Positions 45,832-55,628 of a stretch of 64,000 bases of DNA are shown here, piece by piece. The notes beneath the pieces were generated by a model. That model was not told the origin of the DNA. It made no database searches and saw nothing but the letters and a program-made list of their open reading frames with translations. The stretch is from Candidatus Latescibacterota bacterium (GTDB lineage: Bacteria > Latescibacterota > UBA2968 > UBA8231): contig OY730476.1 of NCBI GenBank assembly GCA_963422735.1, positions 4,736,001-4,800,000 of the forward strand, in the 5' to 3' direction. The stretch's first letter is position 1; every line of letters starts with the position of its first letter. The translations under genes were made by a program, and so were the position numbers.

Positions 45832-47198
45832 GGGTGCTGCTAATCTGCCTCGTCCTGTGCGCTTGCATCGAGGAAAGCCCGCGAGAAAAAGTGCGCCCCG
45901 GCGCGGCCATGGACGCTGAAGTGCTCTTTACACGCGGCGCCGCGCTCGCCTCCCAAGGCCGCCACATCGAGGCCATTGACGCCTACCAACAGGCGGCCGC
46001 GCTCGCGCCGAGGTCCGCCAAAATCCACTACAACCTCGGCAACGCCTACGTACGCCAGCTCGATTACCCGCGCGCGATTGCGTTCTATCAGCGCGTATTG
46101 GTGCTGGATTCGACGCACGTATCAGCACGGCACAACCTCGCGGCGATGTACGTCAAACAGCTCAACTACGCTCAAGCCATTGACGAACACCGCCGGGTCC
46201 TCTCGTTAGACCCGGGCCATCTGACGACCTACTACGACCTCGGCTACATCTACTTCTTGCGCGGCGAGTACGGCGAGGTGGAAACGCTGCTGCAAGCGGG
46301 TTTGGACCGCGACTCGACCCATGCCTCTTTCTATCGGCTCTTAGGTCGGACGCGCCTGAAGGAACTCGACTTTGAGCGGGCCGCGGCGGCCTTGACGCGC
46401 GCCGTCGCGCTGGACAGCACGTACGCGGCCGCGTACGTCGATCTGGCGCAGGTGGAACTCAAGCGGCGCACGTACGCGGCCGCCGAACGAGCCGCCCGCC
46501 GCGCCGTCGCGCTCGACCCCCTGTCTAAGGAGGCACACTTCGCGCTGGCCAATGCCCTCAAGCGGCTCGGCCACCGCGAGGAGAGCACTGAGGTGCTAGC
46601 GCAGTTCCGCACCCTTGACCAACAACTCGACAAAATCGACGACCAACTGCGGATGCTGGGCAATGCGCCCGACGACCACGAGGCGCGGGCGCAACTGGGT
46701 CTGCTGTACACCGAGCAAGGCCGCTTGGCCGAAGCGACCCAAGCGTATAGGCTGGCCGTGCGCCTCGCACCGGACAGCCTGCGCTATCGCAACAATCTAG
46801 GCAACATCTACCTGCGCTTGGGCCAATTCGCCGAGGCCGTCGCCGAGTATCAGGCCGCGCTGACCTTGGATCCAAAATACGCCAAAGCCCACTATAATTT
46901 GGGCCAGGCGTACATGCGCTTACAGCACTTTGACGAGGCCGTGGCGAGCCTTGCCGAAGCGCGCCGCTTAGCGCCGGAAGACGCGGAGACCCATTACTTT
47001 TTGGGGCTGCTACACGCGCGCGCCGGCGACTACGCCAAGGCCGCCGAGATGCTGACTGTTGCGGTGGCAGTCCGACCGGACTGGCTCGACGCACGGCAGA
47101 AGTTAGCCGTGGCGTACTTGAAGTCCGGCAAGATAGAAGAGAGCAAGCGGGAGCTAGCGGCGATCCGGCAAATGAAAGAGAGCAGGCAGCATGAGTAA
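45828..47198 (+). CDS. TPR-repeat lipoprotein
   Basis: ATGA overlap; lipobox LCAC; repeated HYNLG/NNLG TPR motifs. Confidence 0.9.
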   Translation: MRVLLICLVLCACIEESPREKVRPGAAMDAEVLFTRGAALASQGRHIEAIDAYQQAAALAPRSAKIHYNLGNAYVRQLDYPRAIAFYQRVLVLDSTHVSARHNLAAMYVKQLNYAQAIDEHRRVLSLDPGHLTTYYDLGYIYFLRGEYGEVETLLQAGLDRDSTHASFYRLLGRTRLKELDFERAAAALTRAVALDSTYAAAYVDLAQVELKRRTYAAAERAARRAVALDPLSKEAHFALANALKRLGHREESTEVLAQFRTLDQQLDKIDDQLRMLGNAPDDHEARAQLGLLYTEQGRLAEATQAYRLAVRLAPDSLRYRNNLGNIYLRLGQFAEAVAEYQAALTLDPKYAKAHYNLGQAYMRLQHFDEAVASLAEARRLAPEDAETHYFLGLLHARAGDYAKAAEMLTVAVAVRPDWLDARQKLAVAYLKSGKIEESKRELAAIRQMKESRQHE

Positions 47199-48762
47199 GC
47201 GTTGGATGGGAACGGCACTTTGCGCGGCGCTGGTCGGCCTAAGCGGCTGCGCCGAGGACGGCCCGGCCGTGGCCGCTGAAGATGCCGTCTTGGTGGAGGT
47301 GGGCCAAACGGCGGTTCGGGTGGTGGATTACCGCCAGTACATCGCGCGGGTGGCACCGGAATTGCGGGCGGATTACGGAACCGAACAGCTCTTGGAGGCC
47401 ATCGTCGAGCAAACGCTGCTCGTGCAGGAAGCCGAGCGGCGGGGGTTGGGCGAGAGTGCAGAATTTTTGCAATGGCAGGCGCAGGCGCAGGCGCGGCTGG
47501 TACAGCAGGCTTTGTACGAGCGCGCCGGAATCGTCCAGCCCGAGGTCTCCGAAGAGGAGCTGCGAGCCTATTTCCAGCGCAGCCCATACAACCGCCGCGT
47601 GCGCTTTAGCCTGCTGATGGTGCGCGATCAAGAGCAGCTACCAGGGATTTTGGCCGCGCTCGCCGAGGGCGCGGACTTTGAGGAGCTGTCAATGCGGCAC
47701 TCGCAGGACTCGCGGATTCTAGAGCGCCGCGCCGACATGGGCTATCACCGCTGGGGCGATACCATGGCCTCGCACGCCGCCCTGACCGAAAGGGCCTTCT
47801 CCATGCAGGTCGGGGAGATCGCCGAGCCGATGCAGGTGGCCGACGGGTACTTTCTTATCAAGCTCACGGACATGCACCCGGTTAGCTTCGAGCAGGAGCG
47901 GGAGACCATTCGGCGCTTGGTGCTGCGAGAAAAGCTCGGGCGGCAGCTTTTGGTTTACTACGATACCCTGCATGTGCGCTATAATGTGCGCTACGAGCCG
48001 GATGGGTTGGCGGTGGGCCGGTCGCCAGAGGCCGTTGTGGCTGCGTACGATGGCGGGGTGCTAACGGTCGCCCAGGCCCGCGAACTGCTAAAGGGCCAGG
48101 GCGCGGGCGAAAAGGTGCTGCGGCGCGAGCTCGGGCGGCGCGTGTTGGTCTCGCTCGAAACCGCGCGGCTTGCGCTCGCCGACGATCCGGACCTGCAGCG
48201 CGAACTAGAGCGACTGCGGCAGATGGAGCTTGCGCGGCGCTTGCAGGACGCGCTACAAGCGCAAGTGCCACCGCCCAATCCCAACGGCCTGAGCTTGTTT
48301 TACGAGGAGCACAAGCTCCGTTATACCGCACCGGCCGAGGTGGAGGTGCGCCGGCTGCTCGCCGGCGACGAGGCCGAGGGCACTGCCATCGTCGAGCGGA
48401 TGCGCGCCGGTCGCGATACGACCGCGCTGGTCGATCGCTTCGTCAGCGTGATTTACGGCCGCGGCGCGCTGGAGGGCGACAATCCGGTCAGCCGCGCCCT
48501 GCTCGCCGACGAAGGGGCTTTCCACGGCCCCTTTGCCACGGATAATGGCTATATTGTCTTACAGGTGTTGCGCCGCCGTCCAGCTCGGCTGCCGCCACTG
48601 GACGAAATCCGCGAGCAGGTGGAGGCGGATTGGGCGACAGCGCAGCTCCAAGCTGCGGTCAAAGAGTTGGCCGCGTCTCTGCGTCAGCGCCGCGCCAACG
48701 AAATCCGCTTCAGCCCAGACGCTGTGGCGTTAGCCCTTTTGGCTACTTCTCATGGCGAGTAA
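47191..48762 (+). CDS. Parvulin-type PPIase lipoprotein
   Basis: Lipobox LSGC; GADFEELS..HSQD; GEIAEP....GYFLIK. Confidence 0.85.
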   Translation: MSKRWMGTALCAALVGLSGCAEDGPAVAAEDAVLVEVGQTAVRVVDYRQYIARVAPELRADYGTEQLLEAIVEQTLLVQEAERRGLGESAEFLQWQAQAQARLVQQALYERAGIVQPEVSEEELRAYFQRSPYNRRVRFSLLMVRDQEQLPGILAALAEGADFEELSMRHSQDSRILERRADMGYHRWGDTMASHAALTERAFSMQVGEIAEPMQVADGYFLIKLTDMHPVSFEQERETIRRLVLREKLGRQLLVYYDTLHVRYNVRYEPDGLAVGRSPEAVVAAYDGGVLTVAQARELLKGQGAGEKVLRRELGRRVLVSLETARLALADDPDLQRELERLRQMELARRLQDALQAQVPPPNPNGLSLFYEEHKLRYTAPAEVEVRRLLAGDEAEGTAIVERMRAGRDTTALVDRFVSVIYGRGALEGDNPVSRALLADEGAFHGPFATDNGYIVLQVLRRRPARLPPLDEIREQVEADWATAQLQAAVKELAASLRQRRANEIRFSPDAVALALLATSHGE

Positions 48763-49804
48763 TTCGCTCGTTCTGCAACCTGCCTATATCGTTGGTCGCC
48801 AGCAGGACTATGTGTGGTTTGTCGGCCTGCCCTTTGCTGCGGTCTGCTTTGCCCTCGTGTCGGGGCACTACCTGCCGGGGGCCGCGCTGGCGGCGATCGC
48901 TTTGTGGGTGACCATTCCGCACCACTTCGTCACTTGGCTGCGCGTCTATGGCTCGCCGGCGGAGTTTGCCCGCTTCAAGGAGCGCTTCATCCTCGGGCCG
49001 GTGGTGTTGATCGCCTTTGCCTACGGCCTGATCCAGTGGGCGCCGTTGAGCTTGGTGCTGATCGTGACGTTGTGGGATCACCAGCACAGCTTGATGCAGC
49101 AATACGGCTTTGCGCGCGTGTACGATTTTAAGGCCAAGGCCGGCTCGCCCGCCACCGCCAAGTTCGACTTGGCCTTCAATTGGATTTTCTTCGGCAACAT
49201 GCTCGTAGTGTCGCCGCTTTTTTCTACGGTCTGGGTGCGCATGTTGCACGAGTGGCACCTGCCCATCGGCGCGGAGGCGGTAAAGACAATACACCTCGTC
49301 TCGTGGACCATTGCCATTGCCTACGGCCTGATCTACTTGGGGCACGTTGCCTATTGTGCCCGGCGCGGCTTGACGCTCAACCCCCTCAAATACGCCTTTC
49401 TGCTGTCGAGCTATTTCCTGTGGTACTTCACTAGTTTTACCACGGCCTATCTGCTCGTCTTTGCAGTGGCGCATCGAATCATGCACGGGATCCAGTACAT
49501 TGTCATGGTGTATTTCTACAACCGCCACAAGGTCGAGCGCACGGGCGGCGACTCGGCCCTCCTCCGCTACGTGTCGGGCAAGGGGGGCGTCAAGTTCTTT
49601 CTTCTGCTGTGTGCAGCCTACGCCATTGTCTTTCACGCGCTGAGCGAGGGCTTGGTGCGCGACTTTGGCTTCGGCTTGGTTGGCTTCAACACTAATTTTG
49701 ACCTCTTCAGCTATTCGCTGCTCAGTTCCTTTGCCCTGATACATTATTACTACGACGCATTTATATGGAAAGTGCGGAAAAAGGATGTGCAGGAGGGGCT
49801 GTAG
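48752..49804 (+). CDS. His-rich multipass membrane protein of unknown function
   Basis: About 8-9 TM segments; PHHF, HQH..Q, HRIMHGIQY and HYYYD motifs. Confidence 0.7.
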   Translation: MASNSLVLQPAYIVGRQQDYVWFVGLPFAAVCFALVSGHYLPGAALAAIALWVTIPHHFVTWLRVYGSPAEFARFKERFILGPVVLIAFAYGLIQWAPLSLVLIVTLWDHQHSLMQQYGFARVYDFKAKAGSPATAKFDLAFNWIFFGNMLVVSPLFSTVWVRMLHEWHLPIGAEAVKTIHLVSWTIAIAYGLIYLGHVAYCARRGLTLNPLKYAFLLSSYFLWYFTSFTTAYLLVFAVAHRIMHGIQYIVMVYFYNRHKVERTGGDSALLRYVSGKGGVKFFLLLCAAYAIVFHALSEGLVRDFGFGLVGFNTNFDLFSYSLLSSFALIHYYYDAFIWKVRKKDVQEGL

Positions 49805-49937
49805 TAGTGATTAGTGGTTAGTGGTCAGTGGCCAGTCCCCGCACCACCAGAAGTGTGGAGACTGGCCACTGACCACTGGCCACTGACCACTGGCCACTGA
49901 CCACTGATCACTGATCACTAACCACTGGCCACTAACT
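49805..49937. repeat. Heptamer-built inverted repeat element
   Basis: TGATTAG TGGTTAG TGGTCAG TGGCCAG, core, then 11 ACTGRCC/ACTAACC-type units ending at the RBS AGGAG. Confidence 0.9.
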
Positions 49938-49950
49938 AGGAGATTGAGCT

Positions 49951-51798
49951 ATGCTCGAAGTCGTCCTCGCCATCGCCGCTGTCGCCGTCGCCGTCGCCGC
50001 GGCCATGGTCCGCCAAGCCGCGGCCGATGTGTGCTACGACCTCTCCGACGGGGAGCGCCATCCGCACAAGTGGGGCTACACGGATACCCGCTTTGAGTTC
50101 GACGGGCCTAAGACTGTGCGGGTTACTGGCAGTCGCTATCCGCTGGCCGGCTTCACCATGCCGCACTTCATCCCCTTTGTCGAGGAGATGCTTGAGGTTC
50201 CGATTGACCCCAACGAGATGGCCGTCGAAAAAGAGGTCCAAGTGGTGCCGCCCTCGCGGGCAGACGCAAGTCTCGTCGCCGCTTGGCAGGACGCGCTCGG
50301 TGCCGAGCGCGTTTCGCTCGACGACGAGGAACGCCTAATCCACAGCCACGGCCAGCTCAGCGTCGATGAGGTCTATCGCCTGCTCTACGGCGATGCCTTG
50401 GAGCGCGTGGTCGATCTGGTGCTTTATCCAGAGAGCGAAGACCACGTGTGCGCCATCGTGCGCCTCGCCTCCGAGCACAGTGTTTGCCTTGTGCCCTACG
50501 GCGGCGGCACCAACGTCAGCGGCGCGCTGGCCCTGCCCGCCGACGATGGCCGCGTCTTTGCCTCGGTCGATATGCGGCGCATGAACCGGATCGTCGATCT
50601 CGACGCGGAAAACCTCCAAGCTTGCATCGAAGCGGGGATTTCGGGCAAGGAGCTAGAGCGGGAACTCGCCGCCCGGGGCTTTACCGTCGGCCACGATCCC
50701 GACAGCATTGAGCTTTCGACCTTGGGCGGCTGGATCGCCACCAACGCCAGTGGCATGAAGAAAAACCGCTACGGCAATATCGAAGACATCGTCCTCGAAG
50801 CGACCTTGGTGACGCCGACCGGCGCAGTGGAGACCCTGCACACCACGCCGCGCAACTCGACCGGCATCCAGCCGCGCGGGCTGCTCTTTGGCTCGGAGGG
50901 CAACCTCGGCATCATTACCAAGGCTGTGCTCAAGATCCATCCCCAACCGGAAGTACGCGAATATGGTTCGCTGGTATTCAAGTCCTTTGCCCAAGGCGTG
51001 GAGTACTTGCAGGCATTGCGGCAGACTGGGACTTTGCCGGCGAGTATCCGCTTGGTCAACAACCAAGAATTCCGCTTTGGACAGGCCCTCAAGGCCGCAC
51101 CCTCTTCTGTAAAGCGCCTCAAGGAAAAGGTGCAGAAGCTCGCCTTATTCAAGCTGTTGGGATTTGACCCGTTAAAAATGGCGGCGTGTACGATCGCTAT
51201 GGAAGGGACTCGCGCCGAGGTCGCCTACCAGAAGCGGACGATTATCAAGCTGGCCAAGGCCCACGGCGGCAAGAGCGCCGGTGCCACCAACGGCCGACGC
51301 GGCTACACGCTGACCTTTGGGATCGCCTATATCCGCGACTTTTTGAACCAGTTCGATTTCTTGGGCGAGACCTTCGAGACTTCCGTGCCTTGGAGCCGCA
51401 TCCACGACGTGACGCAGGCCGTGCAAGCGGAACTGATCGCCCAGTGTAGTACGCGCGGCGTTGCCGGGCGGCCCTACCTGTCGTACCGGGTGACGCAGAC
51501 GTACCACACGGGGGTGTGCATCTATTTTACGATGGGGTTTTCCGGGCGGGGATTGGCGCGGCCCATTGAGGTCTATCACGACATCGAGCACAGGCTGCGG
51601 CAGACGATCTTGGACAGCGGCGGCTCGCTGTCCCACCACCACGGGATAGGCAAAATCCGCCAGAGCTTCGTCCAGCACATCCAGAGCGACAACAGCATCG
51701 AGGTCCTGCGAAAGACCAAAGAAGCACTGGATCCGCAGAATATCTTTGGCATTCAGAATGGAATTTTTGGGAGTGCGTGCCGGAAGCCTGAGGAATAA
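49951..51798 (+). CDS. Alkyl-dihydroxyacetonephosphate synthase (AGPS)-like FAD enzyme
   Basis: KWGY.DT, HSHGQ, PYGGGT.V, GH.PDS.E.STLGGW, SGMKKNRYGNIED, GETFETS.PW, RVTQTY..G.CIYF and SLSHHHGIGK motifs. Confidence 0.88.
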   Translation: MLEVVLAIAAVAVAVAAAMVRQAAADVCYDLSDGERHPHKWGYTDTRFEFDGPKTVRVTGSRYPLAGFTMPHFIPFVEEMLEVPIDPNEMAVEKEVQVVPPSRADASLVAAWQDALGAERVSLDDEERLIHSHGQLSVDEVYRLLYGDALERVVDLVLYPESEDHVCAIVRLASEHSVCLVPYGGGTNVSGALALPADDGRVFASVDMRRMNRIVDLDAENLQACIEAGISGKELERELAARGFTVGHDPDSIELSTLGGWIATNASGMKKNRYGNIEDIVLEATLVTPTGAVETLHTTPRNSTGIQPRGLLFGSEGNLGIITKAVLKIHPQPEVREYGSLVFKSFAQGVEYLQALRQTGTLPASIRLVNNQEFRFGQALKAAPSSVKRLKEKVQKLALFKLLGFDPLKMAACTIAMEGTRAEVAYQKRTIIKLAKAHGGKSAGATNGRRGYTLTFGIAYIRDFLNQFDFLGETFETSVPWSRIHDVTQAVQAELIAQCSTRGVAGRPYLSYRVTQTYHTGVCIYFTMGFSGRGLARPIEVYHDIEHRLRQTILDSGGSLSHHHGIGKIRQSFVQHIQSDNSIEVLRKTKEALDPQNIFGIQNGIFGSACRKPEE

Positions 51799-52591
51799 GA
51801 CAGTCGTTATCACCGGTGCTTCTGCGGGCTTGGGCGCGACGCTGGCGCGGGAATGCGCCCAGCAGGGTGCGCGGCTGGTTATCTTGGCGCGGAATGCCGA
51901 GCGGCTGGAGGCTGTCGCCCGCGAGTGCGAGCAGTTGGGGAGCGAGGTGCTGACCGTCGTCGGGGATGTCGCCCTAGCCGAGGGTGGCAAGCGGCTGGTG
52001 GAGGCCGCGATTGAGGGCTTTGGGCGCATAGACTATTTGGTCGCCAACGCCGGCGTCAGCATGTGGACCGAGTTTGCCGCGATCGAGGATGTGGCCCTGT
52101 TCCGTACGCTGATGGAGGTGAATTACTTGGGGGCCGTGTATTGCGTGCATCCCGCGCTGCCGCATCTAAAGAAAAGCAAGGGCCTATTCGTGGCCATTTC
52201 GTCCATTCAGGGACAGGTGGGGGTGCCGTTGCACACTGGGTACTCGGCGTCCAAACACGCGCTACAGGGGTTTTGCGATGCGCTGCGAATGGAGGTGGCC
52301 TTGAGCGGGGTGGGGGTGATGACCGTGCTCTTGCACTGGCTCGAGGGGACGGAGCTGCGGCAACGCGCACTGGGGAGGGACGGAAAGGCGTTGGGCGACG
52401 CATCGCGCAAACACCGGGCGGGAGCGGTGAGCTCGGCGGCGGCCGCGCAGGCGATTGTGCGCGGGATGCAGAAGCGTCAGCCACAGCTCTACGTGCCTAG
52501 GCGACTCAGATTGCTGGCTATAGCCCACGCCCTGTGGCCGGCGCTGGCCGAGCGAGTCGTCAAGGGGAAGGTGGCGCGGGAGGAAGAGTAG
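51758..52591 (+). CDS. SDR oxidoreductase (DHRS7/DHRS7B-like)
   Basis: TGASAGLG, NAG, YSASKHALQGF.DALR.E; overlaps the AGPS 3' end. Confidence 0.85.
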   Translation: MEFLGVRAGSLRNKTVVITGASAGLGATLARECAQQGARLVILARNAERLEAVARECEQLGSEVLTVVGDVALAEGGKRLVEAAIEGFGRIDYLVANAGVSMWTEFAAIEDVALFRTLMEVNYLGAVYCVHPALPHLKKSKGLFVAISSIQGQVGVPLHTGYSASKHALQGFCDALRMEVALSGVGVMTVLLHWLEGTELRQRALGRDGKALGDASRKHRAGAVSSAAAAQAIVRGMQKRQPQLYVPRRLRLLAIAHALWPALAERVVKGKVAREEE

Positions 52592-52595
52592 GGGG

Positions 52596-55349
52596 CTACG
52601 ATCGCGTGATGCGGAGCCGTTCGGTCAGTTCGAGATCGTCCAGAATCTGCTGCAATTCCGTCTCCATGTTCTGGGCAAATTGCGAACGGACGCTCACGGT
52701 ACATTCTACGCCGACGCTCAGGTCTTCCCCGTCGCGCAGCTTGGGCAGGATCTTGGTGCCAAGCCGGTTCCACACTTCTGGCGGGACGGTGCCAGCAAGC
52801 CGCAGCGTTGTCTTTTGATTGTCCGGGCTCGGGCCCGATTCAGGCGCTGGCTGAGGTGCTGGCTCTGGGCGCGGCGCGGGTTCCGGGGGCGTCTGCGGCG
52901 AATTTTCAGACGCGGCTTTAAGTTCTTTAGCTTTGGCCTTGGTCAGCAAGAATACATCCGCTTCAAACGCCACTTCCTCGGCTTGGACCGACTCTTCATA
53001 CCACAGCCGATCGTAGTTGCCGTCAGGGTTTGCGCCAGAGGCTAGGCCGAATTCTCCCTTGGACACAAACTCGGTGATCTGGCGACGAAGGGTCATGTCG
53101 GGGTCGATCAACCGCGTTAACGAGCCGTCCAGGAAGCTTTGCCGCAAGCCCAAGAGCGGCCAAGTGCCCGTTTCCTTGAATGCGGGGGGCCAGTGCCGGT
53201 CGATGTAGCCGGTGCCAACGCGCTCGTTGAGCAGCGCCTCGGACTTGAGGGCCGCAATGATCCGCCCGCAGAGCGTCTCGCTGGCGCTCGCGTGACCTGC
53301 CCCGAGGTCGATGATCTTGAGGCCGTTATGACTATGGGAATCCGAAAGCGCCACGAATCGATAGCCGGCCCAGACTTCGTCTTTAGCGGCCTCCTCCATT
53401 TCCTTGACCTTGGCCCGAACTTCGGCGCGGTCGGCATAGTCGAACTCGGCGCCCAGTACCCCCTCTTCTACTTCGTGCGCCACCCGCTGCCAGGCAAGCC
53501 ATAGCTCGACCCGCCCCCGCATCTCCCATCCCGGCTTCTTCGCGCACCAGATCAAGGCGCCCGAGTAAAGCCGCGGCGACTTGCCCCGTTGTCTCGTCCA
53601 GTCGGCGATGCGATCGACGGCCCTGCCTTCCCGCCAGTCGATGGCGGGATCGAAGACGATCAACGCAAGACGTGGAGAATCCGGTATGGCAGTGCTATCA
53701 GCCGGAAAGAAAACGATGGGAAGGCTGGCACCACGCCGAAACTCGCCTTCAACAAGCTTGCGGATTGCTGGTTTGGTCTCGCCTTCCTCGTCCAGCGATG
53801 CACGCCGATCGCTGACGACCTTCTTCAACGTGGCCTGATGGTGGATGCGATAGCCGTCGGTGCCGACCCGGCGGATAAAGAATCCCGATCCTTCGAGTGC
53901 CGTCGCCGCATTGTCGATGGTCGTGGTCTCGACTTGGGGTTCGCCGAGCGCGAAACGCAGTTCGGGCAGATGGGCCACCTTGTCCACCTGGCCCCCGGAG
54001 GACTCGAACAGGATGGTCGTACCCGTGCGGCGGTGGATGTCGCGCAATGCCCCCCGGGTGTCGGCATCCAGAGGTCTGGCACGGGCCGCCGTCCCCACGA
54101 GGTCGGCGTCAATGGCGACGTCGAGCCGCTGCTCGCCCAACTGACCCAGGACCACGGCACGGAACTCCGGCACATCCAGCGGCGCCGATCCCAAGGTGAT
54201 CAGCGGCTCGGTTCGCGCCTTTTGGAAATGCTCGCGCGCCGCCCAGGAAACCCACTGCGCCAGCATCGCGAGTGCCCCACGGGTCTGTTGAAACTGGGCG
54301 AGCGAGCGCCACTTGCGCTGGAACACCGACAGGGTCGCCGGATGGAACGGATAGCACGCCTCGAACCGACCCCGCAGAAACTCCCTTGCCTTGGCCTCCG
54401 TCGTCGCGGTATCGACCGCCAGCCACTCGGCCGGCAGACGGGCCGTGCGCTCGAAACACCAGTCCGCGTAGGTTTTGGCCACTCTTTTACGCATACGCTC
54501 GTTGCCCAAGTCTTCGAACAGACGCCGGCGCACGACTTCGCTGATCTCGGATTCGTCATTGGCGATCAGGTCGCGGGCAACGCGGCGCACCACTTTGGTG
54601 ATCCGCTCCTGCCATTGCTGATCCCAGTCCGTCATTTCGACTTGGCTGCGCGGCAGGCTGATGACCGCTGCTGCTTGCGTGGTGCCGGTGACGGCCACCG
54701 TTAGATTCTGAATAAAGGCGTGAAAGCTCTCGGCCATGCTCCGGTGGCGGTTGACGAAGTTCAGCACTTCATCGAACAACAGCAGCACGGGTGCGTCCGC
54801 AGCGGCGAATACGTTGGCCAGCGTCTCGGTTCCCGGCGGCGTAGCTTTCGCAGCCGCACCGAGCACGGCCACGCCCTTGTCACCCGCCAGTTGACGGGCT
54901 AGGTCGATCCACGGCGTCTCTCGCCCCTGGGCCGGGTCCCAGGCATTGCCGACGAACACGCCGACGCGAGCAGGAGGCGCTTGTGCAATCCCCGCCTCGT
55001 TGAGGAGGTTTGCCACCCCGTGGAACTGGGTGGCCTCCGCGCCGGCATGGGCGATATGGTACAGCGAAGCCAGCGTATGCGTCTTGCCGCCGCCGAACTG
55101 GGTGACGAGCGTCAGAACCGGCGCGGTGTTTCCAGTTTGTCCGGCCAGCCGCCGGAGCACCATTCCCGCATGCTCCTTCAAGGCACGGGTGAAGCAGGTG
55201 CGCGAAAAGAACTGGGCCGGGTCGCAATAGTCCGCCGGTGCTGTACCGGCCACCACCTGCTCTAGGGCGATGGCAAACTCGTCCGGGCTGAACGAGCGGC
55301 CTTCGCGTACTTCCTTGCGGAGCGTGACAACTTTGTACCAAGGGTCCAT
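52596..55349 (-). CDS. DUF499 AAA+ ATPase
   Basis: PW..V...R..V; TQFGGGKTH Walker A; LLLFDE Walker B; YPFHP; FQQTRG. Confidence 0.9.
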   Translation of the reverse strand: MDPWYKVVTLRKEVREGRSFSPDEFAIALEQVVAGTAPADYCDPAQFFSRTCFTRALKEHAGMVLRRLAGQTGNTAPVLTLVTQFGGGKTHTLASLYHIAHAGAEATQFHGVANLLNEAGIAQAPPARVGVFVGNAWDPAQGRETPWIDLARQLAGDKGVAVLGAAAKATPPGTETLANVFAAADAPVLLLFDEVLNFVNRHRSMAESFHAFIQNLTVAVTGTTQAAAVISLPRSQVEMTDWDQQWQERITKVVRRVARDLIANDESEISEVVRRRLFEDLGNERMRKRVAKTYADWCFERTARLPAEWLAVDTATTEAKAREFLRGRFEACYPFHPATLSVFQRKWRSLAQFQQTRGALAMLAQWVSWAAREHFQKARTEPLITLGSAPLDVPEFRAVVLGQLGEQRLDVAIDADLVGTAARARPLDADTRGALRDIHRRTGTTILFESSGGQVDKVAHLPELRFALGEPQVETTTIDNAATALEGSGFFIRRVGTDGYRIHHQATLKKVVSDRRASLDEEGETKPAIRKLVEGEFRRGASLPIVFFPADSTAIPDSPRLALIVFDPAIDWREGRAVDRIADWTRQRGKSPRLYSGALIWCAKKPGWEMRGRVELWLAWQRVAHEVEEGVLGAEFDYADRAEVRAKVKEMEEAAKDEVWAGYRFVALSDSHSHNGLKIIDLGAGHASASETLCGRIIAALKSEALLNERVGTGYIDRHWPPAFKETGTWPLLGLRQSFLDGSLTRLIDPDMTLRRQITEFVSKGEFGLASGANPDGNYDRLWYEESVQAEEVAFEADVFLLTKAKAKELKAASENSPQTPPEPAPRPEPAPQPAPESGPSPDNQKTTLRLAGTVPPEVWNRLGTKILPKLRDGEDLSVGVECTVSVRSQFAQNMETELQQILDDLELTERLRITRS

Positions 55350-55399
55350 CTATTGCTACCTCTCAGAATCGCAGTTTTCCCGTGCGTTGTTGCGCTCGG

Positions 55400-55580
55400 C
55401 GGTCGGCAAGAAGCAACGCACACACGGATGTCTTCAGGCTCCGGATCAGAGACGCCCGGAGCGTGGTCTCATGTCTAGGACATGCTCTACGGCAATGTGC
55501 ATATCGCGAATGACGGGTTTGCCGCCGAAGACATCCGGGCGAGCGGTGATGCGTTCGAGCAGTGCTTCTTCAGTAATCAT
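55400..55580 (-). pseudogene. DUF433 antitoxin remnant
   Basis: RBS GGAG; MITEEALLERITARPDVFGGKPVIRDMHIAVEHVL then an early stop at 55446; a C-terminal EPEDIR fragment follows. Confidence 0.75.
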
Positions 55581-55628
55581 GGTTGCTCCTCCAACGATTT
55601 CGGGTTCCGAGCGACATCGTAGAATGGT

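Noticed and set aside
48752-49804. CarF/TMEM189 plasmalogen desaturase or classical fatty-acid desaturase
   Set aside because: His spacing does not fit HxxHH boxes; left as an unknown His-rich membrane protein.
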